Assembly: GCA_964016885.1 (NCBI GenBank)
Contig: CAXHJY010000091.1
Coordinates: 1 to 28,224, forward strand
DNA length: 28,224 nucleotides
From: Eledone cirrhosa
Taxonomy: Eukaryota
Direction: 5' to 3'
The notes under the pieces are model-generated. The model was not told where the DNA came from, searched no databases, and worked only from the letters and a program-made list of their open reading frames with translations. A program made the position numbers and the translations under genes. This document shows, piece after piece, positions 10,375 through 28,224 of this stretch; position 1 is the first letter of the stretch, and the number at the start of each line of letters is the position of its first letter.

Positions 10375-11022
10375 GATATATAGATATATACATAATGTGT
10401 GTATATCTATACATATAAAGCACATAGGTCACATGACAACCACTTTGTACTAACTTTGATAGGAAATGGTAATTTGATATCTTCCTCCCTACCTGCTTTC
10501 TCTCTCTCTCTCTCTCCCTCTCTCTCTCACATTGTCGAGAGATAGCAACTGCTGCTATTTTTAACTAACTTAGGACACTATAAACAGCATCTATCTACTG
10601 TGTTGTCTATTTATCTATCTATCTATCTATCAACCTCCCCATCCATCTGTCTGTCTGGCAGACATATTTATTTTTATGCAACAACAATAACAAGCCACAA
10701 ATCACGATAGCAGTCCGAGAATAAATAGAAAGATAGAGTACAGTCATTGCAATCTAATGCATATTATATATTTGGTAGTGGTTAAAGAAAATATAGCAGA
10801 AAACTATTGTAACTGTTTTCAATGAATGTAAAAGAAAATACCTTGATGGATGAAATGATAAGTGATGTAATCAAGGAATTATTAAAACACTTTTTTGACG
10901 GGTACTCAGGTGGTGTGTGTGTGTGTGTGGTGTGTGGTGTAAGAAAGTAAAGGAACACAAACAAGAGATGGACATTTTCCCTTCATCTACTACAGATGTT
11001 TCAGCGCATTTTAGACTCTCTT

Positions 11023-11078
<56 letters not shown>

Positions 11079-11080
<2 letters not shown>

Positions 11081-11269
11081 CGAAGGAGGTGTGGTAAGGA
11101 ACCAGATGGACCATAACGCACCAGAGTACTCAATACTTAGGGTAGTAGAGTGGGTAATAGGAAAATGTTTGACTCCGACGGCAGAGCTCAAGCCGTTTCG
11201 ACGGCTATTTCTGAGTCCAGAAATAGCCGTCGAAACCGCTTGAGTTCTGCCGTCGGGGTCAAACATTTT

Positions 11270-11274
<5 letters not shown>
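11079..11274 (+). mobile_element. Copy 2 of the (TA)n-embedded element, arranged A + inverted B + B
   Basis: Homologous to 1324-1463. Contains the 57-bp inverted repeat 11157-11213 / 11218-11274. Long (TA)n lies on both sides. Confidence 0.8.
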
Positions 11275-11337
<63 letters not shown>

Positions 11338-11532
11338 CAACATGAACAGGTACTTATGTTTCGTTGTGTTGTGGACCCCAACTCATTCAGCTTCTCAGTG
11401 ATTATGCACTATCTTAAAGAACCTATTACAAGTTCAGTGGTTTTTCTGGCTCAAAATATATTACATTGATTATATGTGTGTGTGTGTGTGCATATAAATA
11501 TATATATATATTACACAGATTACATGTGTGGG

Positions 11533-11627
<95 letters not shown>

Positions 11628-11981
11628 AAGTAATTAAGTCAAATATTTCAGATTTGGCTTCGTTAATATTTCTTAAATATTTGACTCAATTACTTTAGTT
11701 TACATTACTCCGGAGTAACCAAAACAACCTGCGTACTTCGTCGAGTGCTCCAATCTGCATACTTAGGTGTCGGTAAACAACAAACATATACTCAATATAT
11801 ATATATTTATATATATATATATATATATATACGACATACAAATTACATATATGTATTATAAATTTATATTCAATCATTTCAGAATGTGCATGTGCACCAT
11901 AGCCAACTTATGGCTTTCCAAAGTCTGCAAATCCATCTATATATTATATTATATATCTATTACATTATCTATATATGCAGA

Positions 11982-12167
11982 AGGCGGTGGATTGGCAGTA
12001 TCGGTGGAGGGTCGGACGCCATGCTTTCCAGCATAGTTACGTCCCTTTACGATCTGAGTTCAAATCGCGCCGAGGTTGACTTTGCCGTTCATCCTTACGG
12101 GGTCGATAAAATAAAGTACCAGTAATGCACTGGGTAATTTGCTGGCCTTGTGCCAAAAGTAGAAACA
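11982..12167 (+). mobile_element. Full-length family-1 SINE, short variant, with 18-bp TSD (1 mismatch)
   Basis: A box TGGCAGTATCGG (11993-12004), B box GAGTTCAAATC (12056-12066), core and tail. ATTATCTATATAT(G/A)CAGA at 11964-11981 and 12168-12185. Confidence 0.92.
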
Positions 12168-12377
12168 ATTATCTATATATACAGATGGAATAGTAGGAGC
12201 ACCGTTATCTCATACAGCGCGTTTTGGTCACTTTAAACCAGGAGGAAGCGATATATCTCATGGGATTGGTGTTTGTATGGATATTTTGTACTGGCAGTGA
12301 ATTTGTACAATGTTTAGGGACGTCATATTAGATGTTCATCAGTTTTTTTGTTTTTGTGTTTTTTTTCTGGCTCAACT

Positions 12378-12450
12378 TGCTCTAAGTTCCCATCTCACCG
12401 ACGTCAACTTTGCATTTTATCCTTTCGAGATCGATAAAGTATTAGTATCG
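12378..12450 (+). mobile_element. Decayed family-1 SINE internal fragment
   Basis: CTAAGTTCCCATCTCACCGACGTCAACTTTGCATTTTATCCTTTCGAGATCGATAAAGTA aligns to the B-box/core region. Confidence 0.6.
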
Positions 12451-12746
12451 ATTCTATCTTTGGAAGAAATTGGCTCGGCTCCGACTTGGAGAGGGATCGG
12501 CTATACCAGATTTAAAATGTCCAAGACACACTTGTCAAGACAGCGTCACCTACGACTCCATCACGAGTTAAGGTCCTAGAAACCAATATAAGAAACATGT
12601 TGCTGTTGCAATAATGTGCGAGTAAACGTGGTTCCCCTACACATATGGTCAGTATTAGAATATATTTACTGCGGACAATTATAACTAAAGATATCAGAAT
12701 GATATTGCATTGTCAAACTTTATGCTAGAAGCGAAGCCGCATGAAT

Positions 12747-12856
12747 TAGCGGCTAGTGTGTTGGACTCACAATAATAATTTTGTGGGTTCGATTCCTGGA
12801 TTGGAAACTGCATTGTGTTCTTCAGAAGAAGAATGCTTTATTACTCGTTGCTCTCT
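12747..12856 (+). mobile_element. Decayed tRNA-headed CORE-type SINE (family 2)
   Basis: GTGTTGGACTCAC..GTGGGTTCGATTCCTGG B-box followed by TTGTGTTCTT..CGTTGCTC; homologous to 13031-13140. Confidence 0.6.
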
Positions 12857-12990
12857 CAGTCAGAAGATGCTATGAAAGGATCAATGGAAACATTCTTTCC
12901 TTGTTCTGATCTATTATTTGGATCTTTCTGTATTTTCCTTTCCATGAAAATATGTCCACCCACCTTCATTTGAGAGAGAGAGAAGAGAGA

Positions 12991-13030
<40 letters not shown>

Positions 13031-13033
<3 letters not shown>

Positions 13034-13230
13034 TGGTAAGAGTGTTGGACATACGATCATAATGTCGTGGGTTCGATTCCTGGGTTGCGTGTGTGTTGTG
13101 ATCTTGAACAAAACACTTCATTTCACGTTGCTCCAGTATACTCTGCTGAAAATGATTACCAGCAATAGCTGGCGTCCTGTCCAGGGGGAAATCTTGTACT
13201 CTCGGTCGCTTCACGCCATGAAATAGAAGC
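13031..13230 (+). mobile_element. tRNA-headed CORE-type SINE (family 2)
   Basis: GTGGTAAGAGTGTTGG, B-box GGTTCGATTCC, and CORE-like TTGTGATCTTGAACAAAACACTTCATTTCACGTTGCTCCAGT; the 5' end abuts (GA)n. Confidence 0.7.
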
Positions 13231-13280
13231 GTCGCTGTAATATTTTGACTACATAATATAGTCTAATAATATATATATAT

Positions 13281-13539
13281 AGGTGGTCGTGGAGGTGCCA
13301 CGGCAAAAAAGCACACAGCCCACAATGTAAAGTGGACGTGTAGGCGCCACGAAAAAGCACCCAGCACTCACTGTAAATGAGGTTGGTGTTAGGAAGGGCA
13401 TCCAGCTGTAGAAATCAAGCCAGATCAGTTCCTGTATGAGCAAGGCATGGTCAGCCGACCAGACACTGCACACAACAGGACAACCCGTCTAACCCATGCT
13501 AGCGTGGAAGAACGGACGTAAAACGGTGATGATGATGAT
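13281..13539 (+). mobile_element. 3' part of another SINE family with a (GAT)n tail and an internal ~45-bp duplication
   Basis: GGYGCCACG..AAAAAGCAC.CAGC..TGTAAA occurs twice (13294, 13343). GGTTGGTGTTAGGAAGGGCATCCAGC..AACCCATGCTAGCGTGGAAGAACGGACGT ends in (GAT)4. The family is recognised from memory only. Confidence 0.6.
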
Positions 13540-13729
13540 ATATATATATATATATTCGTTGGTGTGAACTGCTTTTAAACTCCAATATATTCTAGCGTAT
13601 AATACGCACACTTTTCCGCGTAAATCGACTTCTCTACCATAGCTACAACTCATCAATTCAAAATATGGAACATTGTAAATGTTGTATGTAAAATGGAGGG
13701 ACGACTTATCTAAGGGCACAAGTCATAAA

Positions 13730-13774
<45 letters not shown>

Positions 13775-14113
13775 TACATCCGTTTTAGTACAAGCATCAG
13801 TTTGCCCATCATGACATGTTGAATAAAATAGGTCATATTCACTTTGATAAACAGAAACAGAACAGAAAAAAAACAAAATATCTGTATGTATGTGTGTGAA
13901 TGGGTGGGCGAGTGCGTGTAGGTGTGAGAGCGAAAGAGGGGTTGAGGGAGGGTGAAAGAGATCGAGTGAAAAAAATAAAAATGGAAACAAACACTCAGAG
14001 TAGCGGAGGTGAAATTCCTCATTTTCACATATATAAATAAATACTTCATGTATTAAGAACATGTTCCATACACAAACACACAAAAACAGACGTTTTGTTT
14101 TTAATTTCATAAT

Positions 14114-14175
14114 TGTTTCTACTTTAGGCACAAGGCCAGCAATTACCCAGTGCATTACTGGTACTTTATTTTATA
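14114..14175 (-). mobile_element. 5'-truncated family-1 SINE (62 bp) with a perfect 18-bp TSD
   Basis: Near-identical to the 3' end of 4276-4460. TGTTTTTAATTTCATAAT at 14096-14113 and 14176-14193. Confidence 0.92.
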
Positions 14176-14284
14176 TGTTTTTAATTTCATAATGGCGAGT
14201 TATAAAAGAAAAAAAACTCGTTCTAACCATGTTCCATTGGGAAGAACACATAGATCTTGCATGCGTTGTCTATTAGTCGCCCTT

Positions 14285-14503
14285 GTGGTGGATTGCAGAA
14301 TCGGTAGAGCGTCGGACAAAATGTTTCGCAGCAAAAGTTATGGCCCTTTACGTTCTGAGTTCAAATCCCGCCGCGGTTAACTTTGTCTTTCATCCTTACG
14401 GGGACGATAAAACAAAACACTAGTAATGCACTGGGGTCGATTTAATCGACTTTCCCCTCCTTCAAATTGCTGGCCTTTTGTCTAAAGTAGAAACAAGTAT
14501 TAT
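14285..14503 (+). mobile_element. Family-1 SINE, long variant
   Basis: Head, B-box GAGTTCAAATCCC, core, GTCGATTTAATCGAC hairpin, and tail AGAAACAAGTATTATT. Confidence 0.9.
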
Positions 14504-14506
14504 TCT

Positions 14507-14693
14507 GGCGGTGGATTGGCAGAATCAGTAGAGCGTCTAACACACTGCTTCGCGGCATAGAGTTACGGCCCATTACATTCTGAGTTCAAATCCCGCCGAG
14601 GTTAGCTTTGTCTTTCATCCTAACGGATGTATGAATATACATATAACCACACGTAAATTGCTGGCCTTTGTCAAACGTAGAATCAATTATTAT
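14507..14693 (+). mobile_element. Family-1 SINE directly downstream of the previous copy; core partly replaced
   Basis: GGCGGTGGATTGGCAGAATCAGTAG head, B-box, and tail AATTGCTGGCCTTTG..AATTATTAT. Confidence 0.85.
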
Positions 14694-14772
14694 ATAAACA
14701 TTATTGTCATCAATAAGTGTAAATAATGTAATAGATTTGTGAGGACTCAATAATTATTGAGGGGGTGGTAAA

Positions 14773-15113
14773 AGCGCGTAGTTTAGTGATTAGAGTGCTT
14801 GGCTCACGATCGTAATGTCGAGATTGTTTTACCGCCCAGACGGCGCGTTGTGTCCTCGAGTAAGGCAGTGGATTTCACAGGGCTTCAGTTCACTCAACTG
14901 GCAAAAATAAGTTGCCCCTGTATTCAAATGAGGGGGGGGGGGGGGGGTACACATTGTCGCATACTGTCAAGCTGAAGATCCCTCAGAACAACTTCAAGGC
15001 CGCACAATGCTATGGAATGCTAAGTCACTTCCACGTTACTTTCAGAAGCAGGCTCTTCCGTCGACCAAGCAGTTTGGAAGAACACGTCATCAGAACCAAC
15101 GGAGGTCCAACAT
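14773..15113 (+). mobile_element. Decayed long CORE-type SINE (family 2-related)
   Basis: GCGTAGTTTAGTGATTAGAGTGCTTGGCTCACGATCGTAATGTCG head and GTTGTGTCCTCGAGTAAGGC CORE-like block; homologous to 13031-13150 and 15700-15843. The 3' boundary is approximate. Confidence 0.6.
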
Positions 15114-15482
15114 TAACATAACACTAGGTGGTGGTGGTGGTGGTGGGGAATCGGTCAATAAAACGTTATGGAAGTGCGGGAGAGTCAAGGAAGGTTATAA
15201 TAATTAGAAATGACAAATAAATAATTAGCAATGACAAATAAGCACTCAGCGTTATTGCCGGAGGAGATGTCGGCGTTGCTGTGGTAATGGTAGAAAGGGG
15301 GAGGGATCAAAAAGGAAAGAAGGGAGGAGGGAAGCAGGTGTAGGAAGAAAGAGACATGTTTTCACCCCACACCCCCAACTCCGTAACCTACTTTCTGGAT
15401 ATTGTTCTTATAAACCAAACAAAATCCATGGATGACAGCTCTTTGCAATTAAAGTGCGTGCGTCAAAGTATGCCTGTGTTAT

Positions 15483-15541
<59 letters not shown>

Positions 15542-15699
15542 CATACATATATATATATACACACATATACGTTAATACTTATATTATATTATATTATATA
15601 TATATAGTGACGAAACATATACAAACGTTTATGCTTATACACACACACATATCGCCGTTTATACTTTAAACGTGTGTGTGCGCGTGCGTGCGTACTTCT

Positions 15700-15843
15700 G
15701 GGGCGAGTTGTGTTCTTGAGCAAGGAATTTTATTTCACGTGGCTTCGGTCAGTTCAGCTGGAAAAACGGATTGTATAGCTAATTCAAGGTGCTAAGTTTG
15801 GTAATGAATCTCCCGTAGAACTACGTGCACGTGCCTCGAATGG
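15700..15843 (+). mobile_element. Internal fragment of family-2 SINE
   Basis: GTTGTGTTCTTGAGCAAGG..ATTTCACGTGGCTTCGGTCAGTTCAGCTGG..GAATCTCCCGTAGAACTACGT matches 13095-13150 and 14847-14995. Confidence 0.6.
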
Positions 15844-15849
15844 AAGAAA

Positions 15850-15973
15850 TATATTTACCCGCATTTTCATACATATTCTTACATACACACACACGTGGGT
15901 GTGTGTGTATTTTATATATATACATATTTATATATAGAAATCTACATATATAAATATATATATTTTTTTTAAA

Positions 15974-16013
<40 letters not shown>

Positions 16014-16638
16014 GCATTTTCATACATATTCTTACATACACACACACGTGGGTGTGTGTGTATTTTATATATATACATATATATACATATATATATACAT
16101 ATATATACATACACATACACGTGGGTGTGTGTGTATTTTATATATATACATATTTATATATAGAAATCTACATATATAAATATATATATTTTTTTTAAAA
16201 TGTATATATATATATATATATATATTTACCCGCATTTTCATACATATTCTTACATACACACACACGTGGGTGTGTGTGTATTTTATATATATACATATAT
16301 ATACATATATATATACATATATATACATACACATACACGTGGGTGTGTGTGTATTTTATATATATACATATTTATATATAGAAATCTACATATATAAATA
16401 TATATATTTTTTTTAAAATGTATATATATATATATATATATATTTACCCGCATTTTCATACATATTCTTACATACACACACACGTGGGTGTGTGTGTATT
16501 TTATATATATACATATATATACATATATATATACATATATATACATACACATACACGTGGGTGTGTGTGTATTTTATATATATACATATTTATATATAGA
16601 AATCTACATATATAAATATATATATTTTTTTTAAAATG

Positions 16639-16669
<31 letters not shown>

Positions 16670-16735
16670 GCATTTTCATACATATTCTTACATACACACA
16701 CACGTGGGTGTGTGTGTATTTTATATATATACATA
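15850..16735. repeat. ~218-bp complex tandem repeat (about 4.3 units)
   Basis: Anchor CCCGCATTTTCATACATATTCTTAC at 15858, 16011, 16229, 16447 and 16667 (periods 153, 218, 218, 220). Units differ mainly in (TA)n length. Confidence 0.95.
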
Positions 16736-28220
<11,485 letters not shown>

Positions 28221-28224
28221 TAGA

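Noticed and set aside
11982-12075. tRNA gene (A and B boxes)
   Set aside because: No convincing cloverleaf; it continues into a SINE core and tail with a TSD, so it is a SINE head.

Overview
AT-rich, non-coding eukaryotic DNA made almost entirely of repeats. From memory, the SINE families and microsatellite density resemble an octopod/cephalopod genome; this is inference and was not searched. No protein-coding gene, rRNA, true tRNA or CRISPR array is supported. The long ORFs (Y/I/H/T/M/C/V runs) are translations of (TA)n-based repeats. Bases 1-15850 hold about 14 copies or fragments of one tRNA-headed SINE family (several with clean 16-18 bp TSDs), several CORE-type SINE copies, a 169-bp hAT MITE, Penelope-like remnants with a minimal hammerhead motif, and a small element inserted in (TA)n whose second copy forms a 57-bp-arm hairpin. 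Bases 15850-16730 are a ~218-bp tandem repeat that runs into a ~11.5-kb interrupted (TA)n array containing an inverted repeat centred near 25800. The best leads are a polar, age-graded head-to-tail SINE array with a repeated target spacer, a shared ATTAT target start, the fold-back hairpin element, and the large palindrome, which may be a read or assembly artefact. I found no new protein-coding system.
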